Shown here in pieces: positions 9,533 through 18,895 of a DNA stretch of 64,000 nucleotides. The notes beneath the pieces were generated by a model. It did not search any database. It saw only the letters and a program-made list of their open reading frames with translations, and was not told the origin of the DNA. The DNA comes from a virus. The translations under genes were made by a program, and so were the position numbers. Where the stretch lies: IMG/VR virus record IMGVR_UViG_3300045977_000336, positions 1 to 64,000 of that record; one strand, 5' to 3'. How positions within the stretch are numbered: the first letter of the stretch is position 1; every line of letters starts with the position of its first letter.

Positions 9533-10543
9533 CTACACCGTGTTGGTATTCGTCACGACCGTCACGGCCAGCGCGTTCGCCAATGAAGCGTCCACGAGGC
9601 CGTGGAACAAGGCCTGTGTTAAGTTGTTGTTGTTGCTTTCACTCGCCAACGGGGTCACGGCCTCCCACTGCCCGTAGATGTCCACCGTCAGCGCGTGCGT
9701 CGAATTGGTATTGCCGATCGTGTCGCCGTTGACGCGCAGGCGCAGCGCGCGATAAGCGCGCGAGTCCCATTCATCGGTGATAGCGTTCGCCGCGGCGTTG
9801 CCTTCCAGCGTGACCGTTAGCATCGTATCGACGAAACCTTCCCCGTGCGAATCAAACGTCAGATTGGGCGACCCGAAAAACTTTTGATGGTTGCCAAAAT
9901 TCATTTCGACTTCAAAGCCGCGCAGCGTGTTGGCGACTTCGGTATTGCCCACCGTGGCCCACGTCGGGTTGTCATACAAGCGCGCGAGTTTGGCGCTCAT
10001 CGAACTGACCTGCGCCACGGTCAGGCCCGCCGTGAAGTTTTGCTTGGCGACCTGCCGCGCGAAGTAAGCGGCTTCAATCTTGACGGCGCTCTCACCGCCC
10101 GCTTGATCGATCTCGCCCGACAATTTGAGCGATTTGAACATGCCATATTCCATCACGTAGGCTTGCGTATCGTCGCCTGTTTCGAGTGTGAACGTGTCAG
10201 GCGCGTTGGCGGTGTTCAGCAACGGCGTAAACGTCCACGTGCTGACGCCGTTATTCGTCACCGCCGCCACGCCGCCGCGCAAGCCGCAGCCGAAGAAAAA
10301 CGGCAAGCCTTGATAGTACATGCGCGGCACGGACAGCGATTCCTCGACAAACTTCTCAGACAGAATCGAGCGTGACGAGCGGATGCGGATGCCGAGGTTA
10401 TCCTCAGCAAACGTCGGCACGAAGTCAGGCGGCACGGGCTTTTGATCCGCGCCCACCAAGATCTTTGTCGCGGCGACGATGACGCCGTGCGCGTTGGCTG
10501 CTTCAAGGCCATACTGGTATTTTGAAAAGATTCGTTCACCCAT
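9533..10543 (-). CDS. Major tail tube protein
   Basis: Position, size, N-terminal QYGLE motif, beta-rich. Confidence 0.8.
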   Translation of the reverse strand: MGERIFSKYQYGLEAANAHGVIVAATKILVGADQKPVPPDFVPTFAEDNLGIRIRSSRSILSEKFVEESLSVPRMYYQGLPFFFGCGLRGGVAAVTNNGVSTWTFTPLLNTANAPDTFTLETGDDTQAYVMEYGMFKSLKLSGEIDQAGGESAVKIEAAYFARQVAKQNFTAGLTVAQVSSMSAKLARLYDNPTWATVGNTEVANTLRGFEVEMNFGNHQKFFGSPNLTFDSHGEGFVDTMLTVTLEGNAAANAITDEWDSRAYRALRLRVNGDTIGNTNSTHALTVDIYGQWEAVTPLASESNNNNLTQALFHGLVDASLANALAVTVVTNTNTV

Positions 10544-10564
10544 TGCGTATGCTCCTTTGCGGCG

Positions 10565-11035
10565 CTAAGCCGCGACTGTGAATTCACCGCCGACGTGTTC
10601 TTTGACTTGCCACTGTACGACGACCCCAAGGTGTTCTTGATCATCGCCATATCTCAGTTTGACCGGTCCGCGCACCGGGTACGGTGCATCCACGCGCGGC
10701 AGCCAGTGCGCCACTTTCCCGCCCAGCGTCAAGTGCGCGGCCATCGCATTACGGATGCGCGCGAAGTACAACATGCATTCGGGATAGTGCGCGCGCGAAA
10801 TGTCAGGGAACAAATGAAACTCGGTGATGCCTGTCCACGCGTCGATCAACGGTCCGCCCGCGCTGTATTCAGGCCGCATGGCGTCGGTGAACGTCAGCGC
10901 GCTGGGGAACGTCGCGAGCGCGTCAGGAAACTCGGCCTTGCGATAGACGTAGAACGCCCGCACAGTTTTACCGTCATGTCCCGGCAAACCGTTGAACACG
11001 GCCACGATGTCGTCGATCCAATCCTGCACCGCCAT
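10565..11035 (-). CDS. Tail terminator/completion protein
   Basis: Between gp10-like gene and tail tube; HLTLGGKV motif. Confidence 0.6.
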   Translation of the reverse strand: MAVQDWIDDIVAVFNGLPGHDGKTVRAFYVYRKAEFPDALATFPSALTFTDAMRPEYSAGGPLIDAWTGITEFHLFPDISRAHYPECMLYFARIRNAMAAHLTLGGKVAHWLPRVDAPYPVRGPVKLRYGDDQEHLGVVVQWQVKEHVGGEFTVAA

Positions 11036-11037
11036 TG

Positions 11038-11092
11038 CTTCCAATCTCCAGTCTCTATTTACCAACTTTCTAATTTACCAATCCCCAACCTA
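11038..11092. repeat. ACCAAT-type degenerate tandem repeat
   Basis: Fills the intergenic gap. Confidence 0.65.
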
Positions 11093-11578
11093 CTTCACGG
11101 CCAGCTTCTGCGCGATGCGCTCCGTAATCAACCTGAACAGGCCCAGGATCGCCGCTTCATTTTCGCGGAAAGCCTTGCGCAAAAAGAAACGGCCTTTAAT
11201 GCCTTTGCGCCCGATCGAGCGTGCCACCACGAACGCCAGGCTCGCGTCGCCCAGCACGGCATCTGCCCACCCCGCCAGCGCGTCGGGCGGTGGCATGGCC
11301 GCGCCTGCGCGGCGCCCGCTCTCCATCACCAGCGGATAGACCGGATCGGCGGCATCGGAATACACCTCGCCCACCAGCCAACTGCCCACGTTCGAGACGC
11401 GCGACTGCATCGAATTGGCCAGATCCCCGCTGAAGCGCGGCGCATGCACCCGCGCCGAGTACCGGATCGCTTTCACGCTTTCATACATGCCGTGCGTCAA
11501 CTCGGCTTCGGCAATGTCGTCGTAGCGTTCGAGCAAGCCGATCTGTTCTTCCAGTCCCTGAATCTCGACGGTGTACAC
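11090..11578 (-). CDS. HK97 gp10-like tail completion protein
   Basis: APRFSGDLANS, YPLVMESG, GIKGRFFLRKAF motifs. Confidence 0.85.
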   Translation of the reverse strand: MYTVEIQGLEEQIGLLERYDDIAEAELTHGMYESVKAIRYSARVHAPRFSGDLANSMQSRVSNVGSWLVGEVYSDAADPVYPLVMESGRRAGAAMPPPDALAGWADAVLGDASLAFVVARSIGRKGIKGRFFLRKAFRENEAAILGLFRLITERIAQKLAVK

Positions 11579-11620
11579 GGCATTCAGCCTTTGAAACGAC
11601 GCACGCTATTTATCGAGCGG

Positions 11621-11899
11621 CTAATAGGCACAAAACCCCAACAGTTCGAAGCGTCCTTCGGCGTCGGGCATGTCAGACCATTTGGGTGCGATGAGCGGCA
11701 AACCCAATGCGCCGATCACGCCGTTGACGAGGCCCAACGCGCTGACGCTGGTCATGTCTGGCAATTCTCCACACTGAATCGTCGGATGCGCGGCGAGCGC
11801 AGCATTGCACGGCACCACGTTGATCAGCAATGCGCGTATCGCAGCCGGATCTTGTTCAAAAGCGGCGTTGAGCGCGTCGATCGCGTGTTGAATATCCAT
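11621..11899 (-). CDS. Hypothetical phage protein
   Basis: 92-aa ORF with AAAGGAA RBS inside the operon. Confidence 0.7.
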   Translation of the reverse strand: MDIQHAIDALNAAFEQDPAAIRALLINVVPCNAALAAHPTIQCGELPDMTSVSALGLVNGVIGALGLPLIAPKWSDMPDAEGRFELLGFCAY

Positions 11900-11909
11900 G
11901 TTGTTCCTT

Positions 11910-12950
11910 TCAGATTTGCACGATGCGATAGTTGGTCATGACGGCCTTGAGCGGGTCTTTCGGGAATTCATTGTGATAAAACACCTCGCCCAGCTCCGCA
12001 TTCCCCGTCTTCCCCGCAAAGCCCCCCGGCGATTTCTTGAACATGAGCGCCGCGATCTGCTCGCACAAGTAGCGCACGTCATACGGCGGCAGCAAGCGGT
12101 ACAGCGGCGTCGCGTTGTGCGCGCTGGCCGCCGTGCCGTTGGCCGCGCGTGACACGCAAAAAGCGCGGTACACGGCGACGGGCGTACCGTCGGCATGCGT
12201 CGCGCGCGCCGTGGCGTTCCAGCCGCGCCCGACCTGCGCTTCAGCGGCACTGACATCCAGCACGCGCATCTGCTCGAAGCCACAGCGGATAATTTCGCCG
12301 CGCTCGACTTGATCGGAAGCGTTGAGCGTCAGCACGTCGGTCGCATCGTCGATCGCGCCGGCCAGCGTCGCACCCAGTTCGAGCGGGTCATCGTAGCCCG
12401 TGATGATTTCTTGCTCGCCGCCCACGTCGAGGATCACGCCGGGGCTGACGTCCGGCGCGCGGCTCACCACGATCGTCTCCGCGTCAGCCGTCTGCGTTGC
12501 CGTCGCGGCCAAGGCCACCCGATCGGAATACAGCCCCCACTGCCCCGCAATTACCACGCCGCTGGGAAACGCGTCAGGCCATAGTCCGCCCCGCGTCAAC
12601 TCGATCGACGTGTACGGCCCGTGCTCCCAGTGCTTGTTGTGCGGTAGCAGCACGTATTCGTCACTCATGAGCAGCATGCCGTCGAGCGTAATCGACGCCA
12701 GCGCCAGCAGCGGCTCAATCCACTGGGTCACGCAGCCGCTGCCCGTATAAGTGCGTGTCTCCGTTACCGGCACGAACTTGCCGCGTTTGTCGATAAACTG
12801 GCTAGCCGCGTTGATGAAGCGCCACAGTTTGTCGTGCGACTTCACGCCGTCCAGTTCGAGATCGTCGAGCACGTCAAGCAGGCTCGCGTAAGGCCGCGCA
12901 AACGTCGCGATCGGAGATGCTGCCGCAGGTGAACCAGTTCCGCTGCCCAT
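11910..12950 (-). CDS. Head-tail connector protein with inserted beta domains
   Basis: YASLLDV..L N-terminus, INAASQFID, PYDVRYLC. Confidence 0.7.
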   Translation of the reverse strand: MGSGTGSPAAASPIATFARPYASLLDVLDDLELDGVKSHDKLWRFINAASQFIDKRGKFVPVTETRTYTGSGCVTQWIEPLLALASITLDGMLLMSDEYVLLPHNKHWEHGPYTSIELTRGGLWPDAFPSGVVIAGQWGLYSDRVALAATATQTADAETIVVSRAPDVSPGVILDVGGEQEIITGYDDPLELGATLAGAIDDATDVLTLNASDQVERGEIIRCGFEQMRVLDVSAAEAQVGRGWNATARATHADGTPVAVYRAFCVSRAANGTAASAHNATPLYRLLPPYDVRYLCEQIAALMFKKSPGGFAGKTGNAELGEVFYHNEFPKDPLKAVMTNYRIVQI

Positions 12951-13513
12951 CAGGTCACTACCTCGCTGTCAGGATTGTCAAACACCCACCCGGCTTTTTG
13001 TCGCCACACGTAAATGATGCCCGGATCGAGCATGAACACGACTTGCCCGCTGGCATCGGTCACACCGTTCGCAATCACACTTTGCCCGAGCGCGTCCGAC
13101 GTCACCCACACCGCCGCACCCACGATCGGCGCGCCGTCCACGTCGCTCGTGAGCGTGTAGGTCCACGGGGCTGCACCGCTGCCTGAAAACAGGCCGATGC
13201 TCAACGCCGGATCGACCGCGTACACTTGCAGCGTGTCGCCAGGACATTCCGCCGTATTGCTGCTTTTGTAACGCGTCTCGATCACCGTGCCCAACGTCGC
13301 TAAGGCGGCCTGCGTCAGTTCGGCGTAATAACGCCCGTTGCCGATCGCGACCAACGTTCCGATCCCGCTGGCCGTCCACGCGGCCCCGTTGAGACTGATC
13401 TGCGGCTGACCTCCGCCCTCGCCGTTGGCAGGCGTGATGCCGTCCGTAGCGACGAGTTGAAAAAAGACGCGTCGCTTGCTGGCAATTTCTTCGTTGACTT
13501 TGATCGGCCTCAT
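12950..13513 (-). CDS. Virion-associated protein with C-terminal Ig/prealbumin-like domain
   Basis: GAPIVGAAVWV...GVTDASGQVVF motif. Confidence 0.6.
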   Translation of the reverse strand: MRPIKVNEEIASKRRVFFQLVATDGITPANGEGGGQPQISLNGAAWTASGIGTLVAIGNGRYYAELTQAALATLGTVIETRYKSSNTAECPGDTLQVYAVDPALSIGLFSGSGAAPWTYTLTSDVDGAPIVGAAVWVTSDALGQSVIANGVTDASGQVVFMLDPGIIYVWRQKAGWVFDNPDSEVVT

Positions 13514-13521
13514 ACGCCATC

Positions 13522-13591
13522 ACCCGTGTTTCGCCAGGCGCGCCGCCGACTGTTTCCACGGAAACAGTCGGACACGATGCCGCGGAAACAC
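13522..13591. repeat. Composite ~70-bp element containing parS/NBS-like palindrome copy 2 (13551-13566)
   Basis: CGACTGTTTCCACGGAAACAGTCG; whole element is an inverted near-copy of 57137-57205. Confidence 0.85.
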
Positions 13592-13615
13592 ATCACCCTG
13601 CTCCTCAGGGACACT

Positions 13616-14956
13616 TCATCCCCGCCGCCTGAGAATGTAATGTCGGAAGTAATAGGCGGCCGTTCCGGCGCCCGCGCTGATAAACTCGGCGATCAGAGCG
13701 CCCGCACTGGCCAGAACGCCCGCCACGGCGACCAGAAAAGTAATCGTCACGCTGCCGCCGCTGTCGATGGCACCCGATACGGCGCGCGTCACGTCGCGCT
13801 GCACCTGCCCCGCGCTCGCAATAACCCCGCTGCTGAAATGACGCGCTTGCTTTTCGATCGCGCCGCTGAGGGAAAGCGCCCCGCTGCGTGCCGATTGAGT
13901 GAGGCGCGCCAGAGCGCCGTTGACGTCCACGCTGCCACTGGCCAGGCGCGCGCTGCGGCGTGTCAGATCCCCGCCGCTCGCTATCATCCCCGCCAATCCT
14001 TTGGATACCTGACGCACGAGCGCCCCGCTTGAGGTGAGCGCGCCGTTGAAAGCGATCAAGATGCTGCGCAAGCCGGACAGTGCTCCGCTTGAAGTAAGTA
14101 CGCCCGCCCGTGCCGTCAAAGTCTGCTTAACCATCGCGCCGCTGTTGACGATCGTGCCTGCCAAGCTGCTGGCCGTGCGCCTGATCACTGAGCCGCTGCT
14201 AGTGAGCGTGCCCGTCAAATCGATCATGATCCCCTTGATGGAAGTTAAGGCGCTGCTGCTGGCGAGCGCCCCGCCGAACGTTTTCGCCGTGCGCTTCACC
14301 ACGTCCCCCGACGACGCCAGGCTCGCCGCCAGATCTCGCGCCAAGCGCTTGGTCAGCGTGCCGGCGCTGGTTATTGTTCCAGACAGGCTGGTCAGAATTG
14401 TTCGGATCCCGGCAACCGCGCTGCTGGATGCGATCGCGCCCGCCAATGACCGGGCCGTTTGCTTCGTCGCCTCGCCGGCGCTCGTAACCCCGCCGCTCAG
14501 CGCGCGCTGCATCTGCTTGACCAGTGCCCCGCTGCTGCTGATCGCACTCGCCAGGGCGCGCAGCGTTTGCCGCGTTAAGGCGCCGCTGCCAACCATGACG
14601 CCGGTCAGTGCGGTAACGATTGTGCGCGCGCCGCTGACACTGCTACTGCTGCCGGCCGCCCCACCGAATGGCTTTTGCGTCTGCTTCAGCAGCGCGCCGC
14701 TGCTCGTGCCGGTGCCGGTCATCAGGTGCGCGATCGCCTTGATCGACGCGCCTGCCTCGGTCAGCGTGCCTGCGCGAATGACATTCGCCTGGCGCGCGAG
14801 CGCTCCGCTCGATGCGAGCGTGCCGCCGACATCTTGCGTAAACAGCGTGCCCGTCGTGTGCAGCAGTTCGATGTCAAACCAGCCGGCGCTTTGCCCGACC
14901 TCGTCGAACCAGCCTTCGGTTTTGATCGTTTGATCGAACGTGCCGAAACGCGCCAT
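13616..14956 (-). CDS. Ser/Gly/Ala/Thr-rich protein with ~21 tandem 18-20 aa repeats
   Basis: Approximate consensus G-x-L/I-x-S-S-G-x-L/V-x-K/R-Q-x-x-R-x-L-A. Confidence 0.85.
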   Translation of the reverse strand: MARFGTFDQTIKTEGWFDEVGQSAGWFDIELLHTTGTLFTQDVGGTLASSGALARQANVIRAGTLTEAGASIKAIAHLMTGTGTSSGALLKQTQKPFGGAAGSSSSVSGARTIVTALTGVMVGSGALTRQTLRALASAISSSGALVKQMQRALSGGVTSAGEATKQTARSLAGAIASSSAVAGIRTILTSLSGTITSAGTLTKRLARDLAASLASSGDVVKRTAKTFGGALASSSALTSIKGIMIDLTGTLTSSGSVIRRTASSLAGTIVNSGAMVKQTLTARAGVLTSSGALSGLRSILIAFNGALTSSGALVRQVSKGLAGMIASGGDLTRRSARLASGSVDVNGALARLTQSARSGALSLSGAIEKQARHFSSGVIASAGQVQRDVTRAVSGAIDSGGSVTITFLVAVAGVLASAGALIAEFISAGAGTAAYYFRHYILRRRG

Positions 14957-14958
14957 GG

Positions 14959-15825
14959 TTATGCCTTGATGACTTGCGCCACGACTTGTCGTACAGTGAT
15001 CGCGTGCGATGCACCTGTCGTCAGCGCGATGCCGACGATCAGCGGCAAGCCGGTAATGTCGAAGGCCGCGCTGGTGCTGACGCGCACCTGCGCCTTGCGC
15101 GCGGCGTTTGAAAAGCCCGTGGTCGTGAGGTTATCGTCCATGCACCAGAGCGCTTGCGCTACGCAGGAGGCTGAGATCGGCCCGCGAATCGTGCACAAGA
15201 TATCCACCAGCGCTTCGTCGGCCACAGCCGTTTCAGTGTCGCCCGTAAACGAATTGCGCGCCGTATCGCCTGTCGTGCCGTTCGCGCCGAAGCGAATGTC
15301 CCAGGTCTCGGTCGCCGTGGCTGCGCCGGACTTGGCGACGCTGATGCGCCATTGCAGCACCGTGCCGATCGACGGATTGGCGTCGAAGCGCAGTGCCGAT
15401 CCCGCGAGGTACGCCGTCGCGCTCGCACCGATCGATTGATCAGAGGTGGAAGCATTGGGCGTGGTCGGCAGGCGTGGCCCGACGACAAAGAAGCCGACGC
15501 CTTCCACATATTCCAATGTTTCACCGGGGCGCAGCGTCGCGGCGAACAATTCATAGATCGTCGCGTTTTGATTGAACTGCACCAGCACCCCGACGCTGGC
15601 TGACGTGCTGCGATTGCGCGCGTTGAGTGTCTTGAGATTGCGCTGTGTCGATGACGCCGGCGCGGCCAGTACATCGGTCGTCGTGGCCGTGCTGATGGCC
15701 GTGTTCTGACGCAGCGGCGTAACCGTCGTGCCGCTGAGATCGACGGCCGAGACATGCACATCGACGGTCACGGCGGCGTCCGTCACGATCTGAATCTTAT
15801 CGGTGGTGGCCGTCAAAAGAATCAT
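14959..15825 (-). CDS. Putative virion structural protein
   Basis: Thr/Ala-rich, beta-type, in structural operon. Confidence 0.6.
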   Translation of the reverse strand: MILLTATTDKIQIVTDAAVTVDVHVSAVDLSGTTVTPLRQNTAISTATTTDVLAAPASSTQRNLKTLNARNRSTSASVGVLVQFNQNATIYELFAATLRPGETLEYVEGVGFFVVGPRLPTTPNASTSDQSIGASATAYLAGSALRFDANPSIGTVLQWRISVAKSGAATATETWDIRFGANGTTGDTARNSFTGDTETAVADEALVDILCTIRGPISASCVAQALWCMDDNLTTTGFSNAARKAQVRVSTSAAFDITGLPLIVGIALTTGASHAITVRQVVAQVIKA

Positions 15826-16505
15826 TCGAGCCTCATACTTGCTTTCGGAAACGTCGAAAAGTCAGGACGTATTTTGGCAAACACCGGATTGCCCGATTTG
15901 AAAGCGACAGTGGAATTACAGTAGGTCGTCGTGGAGTTGGCTGTGAAGTTCGCATTGTAGCTGCCCGTTGCGCCTGTGATTTTATAGCCCGACGCATTGC
16001 CGTCTTGAATGTCGCCTTCCGTAAATGTATTGCCGACGGCCGTGATCACCGAGTCGTTGATGCTGTGCGAACAGATGAACGTATCGGCCACCGCGATCGA
16101 CACGCTCGCGCCCGGCAGCGGCGAGGCGCTGCTGCCGTCCGTGACCACGTTGACGGCCTCAGGCGTCGGATTATCGATACCCGATACCTCAAACACCCAC
16201 AGGTATTTGGTGCGATTACCCGAACCTGTGATTGTCAGCGTGATCGACGTTTTGCCCGACGCGCTCGGCGTGAGAATCCAGACATCCGTCCAGTGCTGCC
16301 CGCTGCCGAACGTGGCGCGCGCGCTGCCGACCTGTGAGAAATTGTTCGTGCCGTCACTGACGCCCGTGACGGTCGCGCCGTTGCCGTAGCCGCCAGCCAT
16401 CGCAATGAGCAAATTGCCTGAGCCAGTCGGGTCAACCGTCACCGCCAGTGTGTCGCCGCTGTCCGTCGCGAAGTTGGCTTTGTGCTGCACCAGCACGATC
16501 GCCAT
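15822..16505 (-). CDS. Putative virion structural protein
   Basis: Ser/Thr/Gly-rich, beta-type. Confidence 0.6.
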   Translation of the reverse strand: MAIVLVQHKANFATDSGDTLAVTVDPTGSGNLLIAMAGGYGNGATVTGVSDGTNNFSQVGSARATFGSGQHWTDVWILTPSASGKTSITLTITGSGNRTKYLWVFEVSGIDNPTPEAVNVVTDGSSASPLPGASVSIAVADTFICSHSINDSVITAVGNTFTEGDIQDGNASGYKITGATGSYNANFTANSTTTYCNSTVAFKSGNPVFAKIRPDFSTFPKASMRLE

Positions 16506-17152
16506 TAGCCACCGCTGTTCAGCGTCAGCGTATAGGTGAATTGAATCGAGTCACCCGATCCGACGTTGATCGCTGCGAACACGCTGCGATCGAGCAGCGT
16601 CCCGCCGCCGGTGGCGGCCTGGGTAAAGATGCCGTGCTCGGTGATCGCCGCCGAAGCGTCAAACGTCAGCGTGCCGATGGTGCGCATTTGATTAGCCGCA
16701 GGCTGCGACTTCGTGCCGATGGTGCGCGTCGAATCTGGATTGAGCGCCGTAGTCGATTCGGTTTGCAGCGTCGTGTCGCCTGCGGCTTCGGCATTCGTGC
16801 CGGTGCCCGCGCCGTGATAATTAAAGTTATCGATGGCGTTAGCCCCGCCGTCCCAGTCATCGACGATATATGCCACGCCGGCGTCAGTCACCACGCGATA
16901 AGACAGCACGCCGTAATCGACGCGCGACCCATCGGCTTTGATCCACACCGCGCGCAGCTCGGCATACGCCGTCATCAAACCGAAATGGTTCGCCAGCGGC
17001 CCGATCAGTTGGATGCCCAGCCACGCCTTGATAAATGACCAGCGCAGCACGTTCCGCACGCGCCAACTGAGTGACGCCGACTGTTGCCGATTAACGGTTG
17101 CAGTGAGTGATCCGTGCGCGAACCTGGAGTGGCGTCGAAGGGATTTGATCAT
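16505..17152 (-). CDS. Fibre/collar-like structural protein
   Basis: GAGTGT..DTTLQTE and ITEHGIF..GTLLDRSVF..GDSIQFTYTLT motifs seen in phage fibre/collar-type proteins. Confidence 0.6.
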   Translation of the reverse strand: MIKSLRRHSRFAHGSLTATVNRQQSASLSWRVRNVLRWSFIKAWLGIQLIGPLANHFGLMTAYAELRAVWIKADGSRVDYGVLSYRVVTDAGVAYIVDDWDGGANAIDNFNYHGAGTGTNAEAAGDTTLQTESTTALNPDSTRTIGTKSQPAANQMRTIGTLTFDASAAITEHGIFTQAATGGGTLLDRSVFAAINVGSGDSIQFTYTLTLNSGG

Positions 17153-17394
17153 GTCACAGCCTCCAATGCGCCGGGCGGCGCGATGACGGCCAGCGCCGCC
17201 GCTTCGAGCGGTGTCACTTCGATGGTGTCGCCTGCGATATAGATTGCGCCGTTCGTCAAACCCACGCGCGGTTCAAGCGGCGGCTTCATTTCACCTTGCG
17301 GCGTCGCGGCGCGCGCGGTTTCGACGTGCGCCGCATAAGCGGCGAACGTTTCATCCGTGATGCGAAAACTTTGCTTGACAAGAAATTTGCTCAT
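17149..17394 (-). CDS. Small hypothetical protein
   Basis: 81 aa, AAAGGAA RBS, translationally coupled. Confidence 0.65.
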   Translation of the reverse strand: MSKFLVKQSFRITDETFAAYAAHVETARAATPQGEMKPPLEPRVGLTNGAIYIAGDTIEVTPLEAAALAVIAPPGALEAVT

Positions 17395-17421
17395 GTGCTG
17401 TTCCTTTGCCTGTGGCGCGCG

Positions 17422-17676
17422 TCAGGCGTCGCTATCAGCGGCTGTCGTACCTTTCGTGCGCGGCGTACGTTTGACGGCCGTCGTGCGCGGCGGTTCATCA
17501 AAGGCCGTGGTCTGCACAGGCGGCGCTTCGCTGATCTCCATGAACGCGCCGGGCGCATCGCGCAGCAGGAATTCGCCGCGCGTTTGATCGACGGTGATTT
17601 CCTTGCCGGGTTCGTACTCGACGCCCAGCGGCCCGTTACGATACCGGCTCAACACTTTGAGTTTCATGTTGTCCAT
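17422..17676 (-). CDS. Small capsid-region protein
   Basis: YEPGKEITV..RGEFL motif with low-complexity tail, typical of small genes after the capsid gene. Confidence 0.6.
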   Translation of the reverse strand: MDNMKLKVLSRYRNGPLGVEYEPGKEITVDQTRGEFLLRDAPGAFMEISEAPPVQTTAFDEPPRTTAVKRTPRTKGTTAADSDA

Positions 17677-18445
17677 TCTCCTTGCGCGGCGCGGCTGACC
17701 ATGCTTGATCGGTGTCCCACTCGCCCCACGTCGTTTTGTTGGGAAAACGCGCGCTGCCGATGTGGCGCAGGCCCACGCGGCGCGTCACGCACACGCGCGC
17801 CCCGGCCAGCGCGCACTGGCGCGAAAAGTACCAATCTTCCGGCTCGACGTCGGCGATAAACTTGCCGTCGCCATTCGTGAAGATGGCGTCGTTGATCTCG
17901 AAGTGCACGCGCTCGGCAAACGGCTGCCGCACGTCGAGCAGCAGCAGGCCCGTGTTGACCAGCAGCACGCCGTCCGGCGAATCATCGCTGAACAGGTGCT
18001 GTATGTCGTGCACGTCAAACAGATCGGGCAGGCGCGTCGCTTCTTTGATGGTCAAGCGCCGCCGCCTGAATTCATAGCGCCCTTGCGCGTCGGGCGGACC
18101 CAGGTGCGGCAGATACGCGGTAGACGTCAAGCCGTGCCCGTCTTTGATCGGCACGATCGCGCCCAACACATCGGCGTGCGCTTCTTCCATGTCACTCAGC
18201 ATCTGAATGAGGAAGCCGCGATCGGGCAGGATGTCGGCGTGCACGATCAGCAAGTGGGAGATGTCGGGGCGGTTATTGAGCGCGAGGCACAGCAGTTCAT
18301 TGTGTCCCAGCGCGAGCAATGAAACCGCCTTGAAGGCGACGGTGTACACCGGGCAGTGCGGCAACGCCCCTTCGGCAATAAGCGCCGCCGCCAGCCCGGT
18401 GTTCACCTTGTCATCATAAGTCGGGACGCCGATTAAAACCGCCAT
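17636..18445 (-). CDS. GT-A (family 2-like) glycosyltransferase
   Basis: VLIGVPTY, HADI (DxD-like), NTGLLL, PEDWYFS, LRHIG motifs. Confidence 0.8.
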   Translation of the reverse strand: MAVLIGVPTYDDKVNTGLAAALIAEGALPHCPVYTVAFKAVSLLALGHNELLCLALNNRPDISHLLIVHADILPDRGFLIQMLSDMEEAHADVLGAIVPIKDGHGLTSTAYLPHLGPPDAQGRYEFRRRRLTIKEATRLPDLFDVHDIQHLFSDDSPDGVLLVNTGLLLLDVRQPFAERVHFEINDAIFTNGDGKFIADVEPEDWYFSRQCALAGARVCVTRRVGLRHIGSARFPNKTTWGEWDTDQAWSAAPRKENGQHETQSVEPVS

Positions 18446-18457
18446 GACATAGGCCGA

Positions 18458-18868
18458 TCAGGCGGGCAGCAGCACGCCGACTAAAACTGCGTCGATGTCC
18501 AGCGTGTTCGGGGCGAAGTTGGCGTCTTGCACGATATTCAACGCGACGACTTTGCCCGCTGCGATCGGATCGGCATTGACCCGCGCCGTCGCGACCGCTG
18601 TCTGTGTGTTGGCATTGAGCGTCACGCTCGGCCCGCCCGTCAGCGCGGTTGTATTGGCCGTCACTTTCACGACGCCGCTGCCGCCTTGTACGGCGGCATT
18701 GACTTCGGCGTGCAGCAGCATCGGATGAAACTTGTAGCCAGTCGGCACGACGAAGCCCGCGCCGCCCTGCGTCAGCGTGAGCAGCGTGGTTGCGTTTCCG
18801 GCCAGGTTCGCTTTTCCATACTGCAACGCCAGCGGCAAACCATATTCGTAAGACAGATCGCCAGCCAT
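18458..18868 (-). CDS. Putative capsid decoration protein
   Basis: Immediately after capsid gene; beta-rich 136 aa; GGAGG RBS. Confidence 0.55.
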   Translation of the reverse strand: MAGDLSYEYGLPLALQYGKANLAGNATTLLTLTQGGAGFVVPTGYKFHPMLLHAEVNAAVQGGSGVVKVTANTTALTGGPSVTLNANTQTAVATARVNADPIAAGKVVALNIVQDANFAPNTLDIDAVLVGVLLPA

Positions 18869-18895
18869 ATGTCAGCCTCCTATTGCCTGTGACGG

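Noticed and set aside
10595-11941. Long + strand ORFs over the structural region (also 14034-14933, 19110-20126, 20331-21620)
   Set aside because: Antisense shadows of well-supported minus-strand genes in GC-rich DNA, with no motifs.
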